Of a stretch of 64,000 nt of DNA, positions 26,084 through 40,278 are shown one piece after another. The translations under genes and the position numbers were made by a program. Positions within the stretch are counted from its first letter, which is position 1. Each line of letters starts with the position of its first letter. Source of the DNA: Lama guanicoe. Its lineage: Eukaryota. A model generated the notes under the pieces. The model did no database searches. It was given only the letters and a program-made list of their open reading frames with translations, and was not told the origin of the DNA. The stretch lies in assembly GCA_013239625.1 (NCBI GenBank), contig MU054187.1:24616433-24680432 (forward strand), in the 5' to 3' direction.

Positions 26084-27829
26084 ATGGAAAAATAACGTGT
26101 TTTTTAAAAGAACTGGTCAAGATTGGGGAACAGGCTGTAGCAACAACCACTGCCTGCCCAACCCCCTCGCCCTGCCAACTACACACATACACATATCTCT
26201 GCTCCTGTTCCCTACCCCCACACTCAGTCTAAAAGGTCAAGCAGACTAGCTAAGTGGCCTATGGAAGGTAGACAACAAAATTCATTTCAAATGAAATTAA
26301 AGAAGACTTTAATAGATACAGAAATTAGACCTGCCAGATCTGACCCCTTTATGTCAATAACAAGATAGACAGACACGACTTGGTGGGGAGGTAATGGTCT
26401 ACCATTTGCACATTACCAGGTAGTTCTTAGCATTTCCAATTAGGCTCTCTGATTTTATTACAAATGGCTATTATTATTCTGAATTGTATTCACTAATTTA
26501 ACATAGCAAAACTGTTTTAAAATACAATAAGAAATATATTTAGCATATTTTTAAATAGATTTGAGAAAACACCAGAGTATTTCTGCCCTTAGTTAAGAAT
26601 CCCCTTTTATTCTGGAGCTGTGAGGGACCATCTCAGCACGTTTTCACCTTCTAGATCTCTGGTTGCTTTTCTTTCCTCTCCAATTTCAGCTTTCATTTTG
26701 AACAATCTATATGTAATTCTCACACAGCAAAAATAATGTTCTGATTAATTCAGTGCCATTAAAAAAAGAACACTTTGGCCATTTCAATTTTTTGTCTTTT
26801 CAAAAAGATGACAACTTTTAATAAAAAAAAAAAAACCAGAAGAAGAAGCAGCCAGCGTGAGATAGACCAGAAAAATGAGAGGAAAATCAAGAGAATGTAG
26901 TATTAATGAAGCCAAGGACAGAGTTTCAAAGAGGGGGAAAAGTGGTTACAGACAGAGAGCCAGGGAAGGAAGGCACTTGCCACATGTCCCCGTGGATGAC
27001 TTCACCTCGCCTTCCCTCCCAGCTCCTTCTCCTGGACCTGAAAATACAGTCAATTCTCCACTGGCTACTAGCTCCCTCCTTCTTTTCAAAGACTTGTTTT
27101 GACAATAGAAAGAAAGTTGAAATGCAATCCCATACATAAAAGCGCTTTGGAATCTGTAAAACTCTGCACATGGTGAAAGTCAGGTAAAACCTGCGGGTCT
27201 AGATGACTCATTCATGTCTTGTCAGTGGCAAAGTGTTATTACCACGCAGGTCAGAGGTGACAGACGGAATCCACCACCTCAGCAGGGGAGCTATTATACG
27301 TGCAATATTTTACTAGCAAATTCTTCAGGATTTGTTATTCATACTGCTTATATTTCATCACCAATTATTCACTCCTTATTCTCTGACCTTCAATTTCTTT
27401 CTGTACATTTAATGCCCCTGAGCTGCTAACATGGTGTGGGAAATTATTTCAAACACTCAGACTTTAAAAGGACAGGTACAAAAAATAGTAGCTGAGGTAC
27501 AAAATCAAGAACAAATTTAGAGTCATGACCAGACCTCTATGAATAATGCCAGGAATGCCAAAGTTTTAAATGACTTTAGCCTTGAGGAAAAAAAATAATT
27601 AAAGGTCAGAGATAATAAAGACAAAAAAATGATTCCTTATCCATAGTAATGATGGTGTTATGTTTAACAGGTGAAAAATATTTTTTAAAAGTTGAACTCT
27701 ACAACTTCCATCTGACTTTCTTCTTTCCATCAAGAAAAAAAAAATCTTCAATGAAAAGTTCCAGCATTTGAAAAGATAAAACAATCACATTTTAGAGAGA
27801 ACTGGAGTTCATTTGAATAGGTGAGGAAT

Positions 27830-29120
27830 GATGAAAACCATTTAGCCTTTTTCAATGTTCCAGTGAAGTACTTTCCAGAGCAGTAAAAGGAGTTGTCAAT
27901 CTCAGCAAAAGGACTGCTGGCTGTCATCTTTGAAAAATTGCAGAGAATGGGAAAGATTCAAGTGATATGGATATAGGGCTGCCCTACTTTAAGAACAAAG
28001 AAAAAACTGTCTTCTGGAAGTCACACACTGGCAGACATTGGTGTGATTCCCAGCAGAACTCTGCTGGTTACCGTGGAAGGGAATGGGTGGCCCCCCACCA
28101 AAGCTGGCTGACTGAATACAGGCATGTCCCTCTCTTCCCAAAAACATCAGAAATGTCAGAAGAGTAAAATTAAATTGAAAAAATAAGTTTTAGAAAATTC
28201 AGAAGGGGGTGACTGATAGTTAACCAGTACTTCTGAGATATACTAATGCTAAAATGCAACAGCGATAAGCAACCCATGAGTCCAGACCCATGAAAGAGAA
28301 CTTCAAAAACACAAATTTTCCAACAGAATTCTGCAAAAGCCTTAACAGTCAAAATAAGCAGAAGTTGGTAAGAGGAAGTGAGCCCTGAGCAGGGGCCAGG
28401 TGACCAGCAAAGGCAGAGCCAGTCCTATGCCCTAAGCTGTGAAAAGTAAGAGTAGTTACATAAAAGACATTCAGATAGACAATAGGTCCAGAGAATCAGG
28501 GCCTTGTCCCAGGCAAAGGAGAATTTCGTACCCTTTGAACCAGCCAAGCTCACATGCTAAAGGAAAGCCCGCCTTCCCTGTGCCACTCACAGCCACTTGA
28601 GTTGAAGCTGATTTAATCCAGACTTGAGCTTCTAGCCAGGCAAACAGGAGTCCTTACCCCTAGCCACCAAGTTAGGATCTTGCCTACAAATAGGACCAAA
28701 ACAACCAAGAATCATCAAATAACCAAGAAGATAAAAGGAAAAGCACCAAAGTCAACAAACAGATCTAACCCCAAGGAAACGTAGTATAGGAACACAGCAA
28801 AGAGCTAAGATAAGCATATTATTATCTTCCAAGAGATGCTAGGGAGTTCTGAACTTATTAAAAAATGACATACAAATAAATGCTAAACATTTAAGAAGGT
28901 GTTTATGATTATTCAAATAAGAATAGTATAAAAAAGAAGGGGAAAAGGGAAGCAGTGATCACTCCAAGTCAGCGTGAACTCATGATGCACAGGTCACGCC
29001 TTTATCACTTCACTTCCTTTTTCGGGAGTTCATCAGACCAGTGGATCGGGGAATGCCCATGACATGGTGTGTCTGTCTGGAGTCCAGCAAGGCATTAAAG
29101 AAAATTTTTCATGATACAAT
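27830..29120 (+). mobile_element. CR1/L3 LINE reverse-transcriptase fragments (27830-28060 and 28940-29120) split by another insertion
   Basis: 'gtcatctttgaaaaattgcagagaatggga' (CR1 IIFEKSWRTG-like) and 'ctggagtccagcaaggcatt...tcatgat' (LDFSKAFD..SHD-like). Confidence 0.65.
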
Positions 29121-29557
29121 ACCCCGAAAACAAATTATATCCTACCAGTGATTGATGGAACAGCAAGCTAACAAAATTTCTGCCACTTATTATGGAAATC
29201 ACTGATTTAATTATTTTTTTTCCTATTGATTGTGAAGTTCTTGAGTGAAAGAACCATTTTTTCCCCTGTATTGTACTCAGTCTATGCTCATTGTCTAGGG
29301 GATATTTAGAAAATGACAGATTCTCAACAAACATTTATTGAATGATAATTAAATTTTATTGTGATTAACAAAAAGCCTGTGTTTTAAAAGTAAGTATGAG
29401 ATGAAAGGGGAATAGCCAGCTTCTCAGTTCCTTGGAGGACAAAGTAGGGGCTTTAGCTAACTGCCTGCTTAGTGTTGTCAACACTGTAACATGGCTGTCA
29501 GGAGAGGTAGTTAAAAAGCCACAGTAATGGACAAATAATGAGGGACACCGGAGAGTT

Positions 29558-30068
29558 GTGGCAGATTGTGTTTTACAAAGATGACCATGACCATAGCTCT
29601 CATCCCACACGCCCTTTTTATAATGTGACTTTGACTCTTAACACACAGAGGGGGAGGGTCTATATTCCCTCCACTTGAAACCGAGTTTGTTACTAGGGCA
29701 GAAACACCACCTTCTGGCTTCCTAGGCTAGGTTCATAAGAGGCCATACAGCTTCTACCAGGTTCTTTTAGGACACATGCTCTTGAAATTAAGATGCTCCA
29801 TGGACAGCTCTGGTGAGGTTTCAGTTAACAGCCAGCATGAACTGCCACATATACAAGTAAATCACCTTTCCAATGCTCCTGGCCCTAGGCACCAAGTCAT
29901 CACCTTCCAATCTTCCCAGGTCAGGCCCCACATATTGTGGGGAATACACAAGCCAGCCTTCTCTGCCTTTTCAGATCCCTGACCCCCAAATCTGTGGGCA
30001 TAACCACGTAGTTTCCTATGCTACTAGATTTGGGATGGGTTGTTACACAGTCATCAATAATTGGAAAA
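29558..30068 (+). mobile_element. MaLR LTR (MLT1G/H-like)
   Basis: Starts 'tgtggcagattgtgttttacaaagatg'; 'ccctccacttgaa'; ends 'ttgttacacagtcatcaataattggaa'. Confidence 0.75.
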
Positions 30069-31479
30069 ATAAGAAACTAGATAAGCAAGCTGTAATGTAT
30101 TTACTTGATGGAACATTATGCTGCCAAAAATAAGGAGCTTTCCTGCTGAAATAGAAATGAATGTTTATTATTGTTCATTTGCTCATTCAAGAAATGGTTT
30201 TGAGCCTGCTACGTGCTGCTCTGAGGATACAACAGTGAACTAAACGAAGTCCCTACTCAAGCGCCCTGCCTGGCCTGTGCACTTTGCTGTCACTGATTAT
30301 TCAGTCCCTTAGTTCTCTTGGTTTTAACCATTGATGATGTCCAGGATTCTGGTTCACCCCTGAGCTCCACCTTGAGCTGCAGACCTTTTATTTAAGTGCT
30401 TGCCTCCTCTCTTGAATTGAACATCTCGCAGGCCCCCCCAACTGCCAGTTAATGATGCTAATACCTACACATTGTCCTGAGCCAGCAACCTGGGACTCAC
30501 TGGAGATTCCTTCTCTCTCTCTCCCTCCACCTCCCACCACTTGACAACTCTTCACAGTCACAGAAGACAGCAGAGCTGGCTCCTGTACCATCTGAATTTA
30601 TCCTTTTTTTCTCCCATCTCACCACCTGGTTCATGTCAACATCATTTCTTCCCTGGTTTCCTTGGTATTCCCGCCACCATATTGCCTCAAATTTACAATG
30701 TGATTATGTTATCTTATTGTTGAAAATCATTCACTTATCCTCCTTAGAATAAAGCCCAAGATTCTTACCATTTGATACATAAATGGAGGGAAGTTACAGA
30801 ACAATGTGCATAATATAGTCCCACTGACATAAAATTACATACATATCTACAGCATAGAAATATGCTGGATGTTCAATAAGATGTCAACAGTTGTAATCCC
30901 AGTGAGAAGATCTCAGGTGATTCTTACCTCTTTGTACTTTTATGTATTATTATAATACATACAATATTTAAATCCTTTTCAAAAAATGTTCACTTTTATA
31001 CAAACAATAAATATTAACAGTATTTAATAAAAAGACTCTTCATTTTCTGGCTTTGCCCAATTCAGCTTTGCCATCTCTCCTCCCTCTTCTCCTCACTGTA
31101 GCCCCTGCCCCATATTTTATTGATTACTTGCACTCTCTCAGCAAACTAAGCTCTTTCAAGCATTCAAACATCCAGCTTCCGCTGCCTGAAAGACACATTT
31201 CTCTGCCTCTGCCTGCCTGGTCCCTACACACCTATCGGGGCTCAAGTCAGATATCAACTCTCACAGAGGCTTTTCCTGGCCAAACCCCTCACCAGGCTTC
31301 TATGTTGACTTCTGCTGCCACTTGCCACACTGCTGTGTAACTATCTGTTGGCCTCCATCTTTGTAAGGAATCCTAGCCACCAGGTATCCACAGAGCCCAC
31401 AACAAAGTTGGTACACTAAAAGCAATCAATGTAATCTCTCCCAGGAAATCAATGAAGCACTGTTTGGGAAGAAAAATAA

Positions 31480-31720
31480 AAAAGAGGCTAAGGGCAAAGG
31501 CTTTGGTATTCCATTCCCTGAATTCACATTTCCACTCCTGTCAGTTGCCAGCTGTGGAAATCTAGACAAGCAGCTTAACCATTCTGTGCTTTAGTTACCA
31601 TATCTAGACAGTGAAAATAAATACTGACCATATCATAGAGTTGTTGTAAACGTTAAGTAATGTCAAGTGTAAACAAGCTCCACATAGAGTAAGCATTTAA
31701 TAAGTGGTTATTATTATTAC
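31480..31720 (+). mobile_element. MIR SINE
   Basis: 'gacaagcagcttaaccattctgtgctttagtt', 'catagagttgttgtaa', 'agtaagcatttaataa...ttattatta'. Confidence 0.65.
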
Positions 31721-32795
31721 TGTCTTTTGTCCTTCATTGTCCTATAAGCCCCTTGAGAGCAGGGCTGTTTCCATTATAACTATATTTACAGAATCTGGCA
31801 TGTAATAGGTGTTTAGTTAGTGTTTGAGGAACACCTATATGAATGTGTACATTCTTAATCTTCTGAAGAATATTTTCCCTTTTTTAAACAATTAATTCAT
31901 GATTAATCTCCCGGAAGTCAGTCCTCTACTAAGCGCAGCAGGACAGAGACTGTGCCGTATCAGAGGAAACCTATCCCTTTGCAGGAGGTCAGACCACCCC
32001 TCCATCTTTGCTGAACAATAGCAAAGAGAGTCAAACAAGATGCAGAAACATCTAATCCAACTTGGATTTTGATTCAAGACCTTCCTTGGACCATTCAAAG
32101 TGAATAATGACTCACATAGAGTCCCAATGAAAGGATCTCTCATCAGTGGCTCACTGGTACCTAGAGAAAGGAGAAAGTGAAGTATGCTTCTCTGATTCTC
32201 ATCCACGGTCACTTACAGATCATTAGAAAATAATTCTTCTGAATTTGCAAGAAATATGAAATGAGATGACAAATGTGGAAGGGCTTTAATGAAGGTAAAA
32301 GGCATGAATCATTACGTTAACTTTTGAGAATAAATTCTCTCTGTAGTGTCTTCAGTAATAAAAATGGACATTTTTTACAATCTTAATGTTAAATGCTAAA
32401 TTTTCCTAAATTAAATATGAGAAAATTTTAAAACAAGATTCTTTGTGTCATATAAATGACAGGACCTATTAATTTTGGCAAAATCAGAGATTTGGGAAAT
32501 ATTTTGACACTAACCAAGCAGTAGGCACAGCTTCCCTTCCCCACCCTAGAAGTAACCATGAGGGTGAGAGAAATGGACCACTCTGCTCCCCATTCAGTGG
32601 CAAACACATAGCATGCTCTGTCTAAGATGCTCCAAACCTTGCACAACACAATGTTCTTAAGATACTTACTGAGGAATTCATTCAGTAATATGTTATACTC
32701 TATGATAATTTTCCTGAGCTAAATTTCTCCTAAGGAAGTAGTGTTCGAACTAATCCTTAAGAATAATAAGAAAAATGGTTGGTACGCATGCCAGT

Positions 32796-32915
32796 GAGGG
32801 AAGGAAGAGAGGAAGGAGGAAAGAAATGAAGGGAAGGAGGGAGGGAGGAGAGGAGGAGGTAGGAAGGGATGAAGAGAGAAGAGGAAGGAAGGAAGGAGAG
32901 AAGAGGATGAAAAAG
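32796..32915. repeat. GA-rich polypurine low-complexity tract
   Basis: GGAA/GGAG-type run with almost no pyrimidines. Confidence 0.9.
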
Positions 32916-33267
32916 ATAAGGGTGTGTCTGCGGACAGTAAATAAACCAGTTTGGAAACAGTGGGAGAATTTATATTCAAAGTAGCAGGATGTGAAGTTTG
33001 AAAAAAATGGGTCTCAGGAAGATTACTGAGAAATTTTAGGCATGAGCAAAAGAATTTAGACTTTATTAAGCCAGCAGAATGAGGTAGGGAAAAACATGGC
33101 TTTTGTTATTGAGGAGATCCTAACAAAATCTCATTCTTCAGTTAAAAAAATAATAATAATATTTGGAAAAGCCTGGTAATTTGAGAGACATATGTAAAAT
33201 ACAGTCCAGGACCCTGGACTGCCTTCCTCATCAGACAGCATAGCATATTGGTTGAGTTTTGCTGTAT

Positions 33268-36200
33268 GTCAGAAGGGAGTGGCACAACATATTTAGACTG
33301 ACCAAAGGGGGAAACCTACAGCCAAAAATACTCCATCCAGCAAAGCTCTTATTCAAACTTGATGGAGAAATCAAAAATTTCACAGACAAGCAAAAGCTAA
33401 AAGTATTTAGCACCACCAAACCAGCTTTACAACAAATGCTAAAGGAATTTCTCTAGTAGAAAAGAAAAGGCCACAACTAGAAAGAAAACCATGTGATGGA
33501 AAAGCTACTAGTAAAGGTAAACATGCAGCAAAGGTAGGAAATCATCCACACAAACTAGGAGGAAGGTTAAAAGATACAAACAGTAATGTCATCTGTGTCT
33601 ACAATAAGCACTTATGGAATTCAGAAAACAAATAACTGTAAAATATGATACCAAGCAGTAATTGTGAGGGGAGGAGGGTACAGATGCAGGGTTTTAAAAT
33701 GTTTTTGAAATTAATAGATCAGCAACTTGAGGCAATCATGTACAATATGTAGACTGCTATAACCCATGGTACAGAAATCCAAAAATCTGTAATAGACACA
33801 CACACAAAAAAAAAAAAAGAAAAAGAAAAAGGAAGCCAAACATAACACTAGAGATACTCACCAAATCACAAGAGAACAGAAGAAGAAGAAGGAGAGAAAA
33901 GACCTACAAAAACAAATTCGAAACAGTTAACAAAATGGCAATAAGAACATACATATCAATAATTACCTAAAATGTAAACAAACTAAATGCTCCAACCAAA
34001 AGATATGGACTGGTAGAATGGGTAAAAAACAAGACCTGTATATTTGCTGCCTACAAGAGACTCAGTTCAGATCCAGAGACACACAGAGACTGAAAGTGTA
34101 TGGTGGGGGGTGGGGAGGAAGGTATTCCATGCAAAAGGAAATCAAAAGGAAGCTAGAGTTACAATACTTAGACAAAAAGGCTTTAAAATAAAGTCTGCTA
34201 CAAGAGCCAAAAAACACATAATGGTCAAGGGTGCAATCTAAGAAGAAGATATAACAATTGTAAATATATATGACCCCGCAGAGGAGCACCTAAACATATA
34301 AGGCAAATGTTAAAAGACATAATGGATAAATTGACAGTAAAATAATAATAGTGGGGGAACTTAACACCCCACTTACATCAGTGGACACATCATCCAGACA
34401 AAAGATCGATAAGGAAATACAGGCCCTAAGTGACACATTAGACCAGATGGCCTTAATTGATACTTATAAAGCATGCCATTCAAAAATAGCAAAATACACA
34501 TTCTTTTCAAGTGTACATGGAATATTCTCCAGGATAGATCATACGCTGGGCCACAAAGCAAGCATTGGTAAATTTAAGAAAATTAAAATGATATCAAGCA
34601 TCTTTTCTGACCACAAAACTATGAAATTAGAACTCAATTACAAAAAAACTGCAAAAAAAAAAACCACCAACACATGGAGGCTAAACAATATGCTACTAAA
34701 CCATCAATGAATCACTGAAGAAATTTAAAAAAAATACCTAGAGACAAATGAAAATGAAAATACAATAATCCAAAATCTATAAGAAGCAGCAAAAACAGTT
34801 CTAAGAGGGAACTTTATAGTGACATAAGCTTACCTCAGGAAACAAGAAAATCTCAAATAAACAACCTAATCTTACTCCTAAAAGAATTAAAGAAAGAAGA
34901 ACAAATAAAATTCAAGATCAGAGAAGGAAAGAAATCATAAAGATCAGAGCAGAAATCAATAAAATAAAATTAAATTAAAAAATTAGAAAAGATCAATGAA
35001 ACTAAAAGCCTGTCCTTTAAAAAGCTAAATTAAATTGATAAACCTTTAACCAGACTCATCAAAAAAAAAAAAGGAAGAGGGCCCAAATCAATAAAACCAG
35101 AAATGAAAAACAAGAAGTTACAACCAACACCACAGAAATACAAAAGACTATTACAAGCAACTATACACCAAGAAAATGGGCAACCTAGAAGAAATGGACA
35201 AATTCTTAGAAAGGTACAATCCCCCAAGACTGAACCAGGAAGAAACAGAAAATATGAGCAGACCAATTATCAGTACTGCAACTGAATCAGTAATTTCTGG
35301 GAAAACTGGACAGCTACATGTAAAAGAATGAAATTGGAACATTCTCTAACACTATATTCAAAAATAAACTCAAAATGGATTGAAGACCTAAATGTAAGAC
35401 TAGATACTATAAAACTCCTAGAGGAAAGCATAGGCAGAACACTCTCTGACAAGAATTACAGCAATTTTTTTTGGATCCCTCTCCTGGAGGAACATAAATA
35501 AAACCAAGAATAAACAAATGCAACCTAATTAAACTTCAAAGGTTCTGCACAGCAACAAAAACCACAAACAAAATGAAAAGACAACCCACAGGCTGGGAGA
35601 AAATATTTGCAAATAATGCAACCAACAAGAGATTAATTTCCAAACTATACAAACAGCTCTTATAGCTCAATATCAAAAAGTTAAAAAAAAAAACCCAGTC
35701 AAAGATGGTCAGAAAATCTAAATAGAAAATCTAAAAAGAAGATCTACAGATGACCAATATGCACACGAAAATATGTTCAATATCATTAATTATCAAAGAA
35801 ATGCAAGTCAAAACTACAATGAGGTATCACCTCACACCAGTCAGAATGGCCGTCATCAAAACCTCTACAAATAATAAATGCTGGCGAGCATGAGGAGAAC
35901 AAGGACCCCTCCTACACTGTTGGTGGGACTATAAATGATGTAGCCACTTTGGAAAACAGTATGGAGCTTCCTTATAAAACTAAAAATAGAGTTACCATAT
36001 GATCCAGCAATCCCACTCCTGGGCATATATCCACAGAAAAGTCTAATTTGAAAGGATACATGCACCCAATGTTCACAGCAGCACTATTTACAATAGCCAA
36101 GACATGGAAACAACCCGAATGCCCACCAACAGATGACTGGGTAGAGAAAGTGTGTTATATATACACAATGGAACATTAGTAAAAGGAATGAAATAATGCC

Positions 36201-36595
36201 TTTTTCAGCAGCACGATGGACCTAGAGATTATCACGCTAAGTGAAGTATGTCACACAGAGAAAGACAAATATATGACATCATTTATATGTAGAATCTTTT
36301 AAAATGATGCAAATGAACTTATTTACAAAACAAAAATAGTCTCACAGACTTAGAAAACAAACTTACGGCTATCAAAGGGAAAGGGGTGAGGGATAAATTA
36401 GGAATTTGAGACTAACATATATAAATTAGACAACCAACAAGGGTCTACTGTATTGCACAGGGGACTATACTCAATATCTTGTAATAACTGTGATGGAAAA
36501 GAACCTGAAAAAAGTATATAAATACATATATAACTGAATCACTTAGCTGTACACCTGAAACATTATAAATCAACGATATTTTAATTTAAAAAAAT
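33268..36595 (+). mobile_element. Decayed L1: ORF1 C-terminus, spacer, ORF2 endonuclease, RT deleted, C-terminus, 3' UTR
   Basis: ORF1 end (NLQPKILHPAKL...KPALQQMLKEFL), ORF2 ATG 33935, EN motifs (FSRIDHTLGHK, SDHK); jumps near 35293 from 'tgaatcagtaat' to 'tgggaaaactggaca'. Confidence 0.95.
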
Positions 36596-36803
36596 TTTTA
36601 AATCACATTAAAACGGCGTGAATGCAGTCTCAGTGGTTCATCAATAAGACACTCCCATGTTGCTCAATTTTTCTAGTAGTAGTAACAGGTTATTCCCTCC
36701 ATATGGATGGAGCAACCCTTATCTTCATCTCAGCACGCAAAGACTTCTACCAACAAATGGAGAAGGGGCAGGCCTCAAGATGAGAACTACGTTGGAACAG
36801 AGC

Positions 36804-36805
<2 letters not shown>

Positions 36806-36846
<41 letters not shown>
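36806..36846. repeat. (GT)20 microsatellite
   Basis: Uninterrupted GT run. Confidence 0.97.
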
Positions 36847-36847
<1 letters not shown>

Positions 36848-37123
36848 CTTGCGGGGTGTCACACAAATAAACCGAGCTGAAATACTGTCATTTTCAAACT
36901 ATGCTAGTCACAGGAAACATTTTCAGTTATTATAATTTCTGTTCTTAGTGAACTTTTCAAATTATAGTTTTGCTAAAGGTTTTCTTAACAAATTTTCTGA
37001 CTTAAAAAAAAGATATGTTGTTTTGTAAATTAAGTAGGACGAGAAGTTATTGAATTAATGGAATTAAAATAATTGAATTGCAAAATATGTACGAGTATCA
37101 CATTCTCGTATGCATCCGCATTA

Positions 37124-37142
37124 TCGCCACTAGAGGGAGCTC
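37124..37142 (+). promoter_or_regulatory. CTCF binding motif
   Basis: tcgCCACTAGAGGGAGCtc closely matches the CTCF core CCASYAGRKGGCRS; lies in non-repeat CpG-enriched DNA. Confidence 0.75.
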
Positions 37143-39644
37143 AGGGCTTAGTCTGTATTCTAAAATGGTCCAGCCCTCCAGCAAGCACATCACAAGGGCG
37201 CTTGCATCTTTTTCGCGGTGCGTGAGGGAGCTTCCAAACAAACCAACACCCTTATTCTTCCTAGAAAGTGAAAGTGCCTGAAAGCATTCACTCTCATGCT
37301 TTTCACTGTGGAGCAAGTATAAATGCCTTCGTCTCCGTGATGCCACTATCAGAATAAGAAACACACTTCTTTGAATGCCCCCCCCCCGAAATGGCTCATG
37401 CTCTTTGCAGTGCCCTAAAATGGAACTTGGAACTGATGAGTAAAGATCGGAGCACGATGCATGAAATGTGCCTCAGCACGGAATCTACGGAGGGGGGCCT
37501 ATGCAGGGGGGGGGGTCAGTCCAGTAACCACAGGAGCAAGATCTGGGCCTCAGACGGTGCTCCGTATTTAAATCTACCCCTCACCAACACGGAAATCCTT
37601 TTTCTGCCTTTAGTCATTCGTGGAAATGAGCTAGGGCGAGGAGACTGCACTGCGTGTTAAAGCTGCCTCATCTTTTATTTGATGGCTCTAACTATGCAAA
37701 AGAAACTCTTCTATCTTCAGAACTTCAACTTTCTGCTGTATAAAATCGTACTTTTATTCTGATTCTACTGGTTTGCTGAAGGTAAAAAGTCTCTCATCTT
37801 GTTCTCCGGGAAGGAACTCAATCTGAACATGGACTGACATCCTCCAAGGCTGCGTCCTTCTTCCCAGCCGCATGCCCCTCCCACCAAGGATTTTTATATC
37901 CGGCCGAAATATTACCAGCTTGTTAACAACATTTTAAATTTTAATCGTTTACTTTTAATAAAGGTACCTTTATTATTCTTTTCTTGACATAAAACTTTCT
38001 AAAAAATTAGAAAATTCTGAAATGTCAAATGAAGAAAATTATCTTACCACTCAAAAATGATCTATTTTTCTATGTCATCATATACTTCTGTATTAAATAT
38101 TTTCACAAAAAAGAGACATTATTCATTTTGTTTATAAATCTTTTTCTTCATGTAACCAACTAATAAATCACCTACATCAACATTTTTAAAGTTATATAGT
38201 ACTCCACTGTGTGTCTGTACCATATTTATTTAAATAGTTCACAACATTTGAATCATTACTGTAGTTTTTGTATTTTGGCTTTTAGAACAATTGCTAAAAA
38301 AATTCTTGCAGATCCATTTCTTGTAACACATTTGCATTTTTTTTTACATTTTAATTTCTTTTTTTTAGAAATTAAGATCTTTTTATCTTTTTAAAAATTA
38401 TTACTTAAAAAGTAACATATGATCTTATGTCTTCAGTGACTTCTTATGAAGCATTGTCCAAAACCATCATCACTCCCACCAGACTTAAATTCAAGAAATT
38501 TACATCTCTCTGAACATTTATTCTGAGAAGCCATCCCTTCCCTCAGAGTCGCTCATGTCTAGGCAATTTCATGAGCCCCTTGTCTAGATTAGGTCTCTGT
38601 TATAATGTCTCATCACACCTTTCACTTGACCCTCATGGAATTTTTCAATATTATAAATATATAGCTCATTGTATGATGATTTGTTTAATTCCACTGGCCT
38701 GTTAGAGTCACAAGAATGGGAATCCTGTCTGCTAATTCAGCAGTGTCTACAGTAACACCATAACACAGTGCTTCCCCCCAAAAACGTGTATTCAAAGCAC
38801 TTCTTGAATAAATGAAAAGATTTGTTGATTTTAAGTGGCTGTGAACCAATGAAGTCTACCATTTCAGGTGGGCAAGAAGCAAGGTTTAATTTTCTATATT
38901 CTGAGTCCCTATTCTACAGGGCTGGCAGAAAACTGAACCTCAGTCATAGAGAAGCGTCTCCACGCCTCGCTCACCTCGCTGCCTGCTGAGCCATAGTGGA
39001 TTCTATAAGGGCCAAGCATTGAGGGAGGAAGTGGTTGTGTGTCTGGCCATCACCTGTTCACTGTTCCTTTCTGCATGGCCTCTTTAGGTCTGTGGCTCTT
39101 CCTAGCCACTGTGACATGTCTGTCACAGGACATGTGAATCTTCTCACAAGGCTGCCTGCACAAAGGTCTACATCCACAAATCCAAACACGCAGCCACTTC
39201 TCTTTCGCCATTTGCCCTTCCACAGACAGTGCAAGGAACAGTGGATTTCTTCTGCACAGCGCTGGCCCACAGTCCTCTCTTTCCTCTCTCTTCCCCACCA
39301 GCCTGTAGAATCTATTCCATGGAATCACCAACCTTTTTCCTTGCCTAGCTAAAAAGTCAATAGAAAAATGGGCAAATGTCATAAGAACAATTAAGAGAAC
39401 ATACACATAAAGATAAATACAAATAATTCTTAAACCTATGAAACAATGTTAAACCTTATTCAAATAAGATTAAAAAAGAAATAAAAATTAAGAGACACCA
39501 ACTTTCGCTTATCAGAATGAACTCTGCCATTCTCTTGTGCAAGAGAATTTATTGCTGGGGATGAGGGGGAGAAATAGAGTGACGCTAATTTAGAGTAGAT
39601 AAAAGCTGTCTGAAAATTCTTTGTCCCTAGTCCCCACTCCTCCT

Positions 39645-39850
39645 AGCCCAAGTGTCATACATGTAAGTGAAGAGATCTTCGGATGACTCTGCCCTCAGCA
39701 GCCATGTAACTGCAAATATATGGGAAACCCCAAGCAGAAACTACCCTGCTGAGCCCATCAACCCCAGAACAGTGAGAGATAATCTTAGATGGTTGTTTCA
39801 AGTCACTAAGTTTGGAGTGGTTTGATATACAGCAATAGATAGCTAGAACA
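39645..39850 (+). mobile_element. MaLR LTR 3' fragment (MLT1H/I-like)
   Basis: 'ccctgctgagcccatcaaccccagaacagtgagagataa', end 'cagcaatagatagctagaaca'. Confidence 0.75.
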
Positions 39851-40278
39851 CATCTCCTGGGAGTATAATTAATGTTTATCAAATTTTTAGTCAATATATA
39901 CTATCACCCAGAAATGTCATATATTTATCCTACTGGTATATTGGAACACATAGGAAGTAACATGTAACAAGATATGCGTTGAAGCTTTGTAAAAGCAAAA
40001 GACTGGAAACTAAATTTGAGTCCAGTCTCCTAAACGCTGTCTGTCTCAGTTTCTCCATCTGTAAAATAGGAATAATAACATGACCTATTTTGTCTGGCTA
40101 TTGCATGGATTATATCAATTCATACATTTGAAGAGTATGGAACACTGCTTGACACATTATAAGCTCTGGAAATGATGTTATATATAACATTTTGTTATGT
40201 AAAACATGTGGTTGTTTTTGTTGTTTTACTGACCTCTGTTTGTATGGTATATTGGAGCCTTTCACCAAGAGGACGAAT

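Noticed and set aside
32719..32984. ORFs on both strands
   Set aside because: By-product of the GA-rich low-complexity tract, which lacks stop codons
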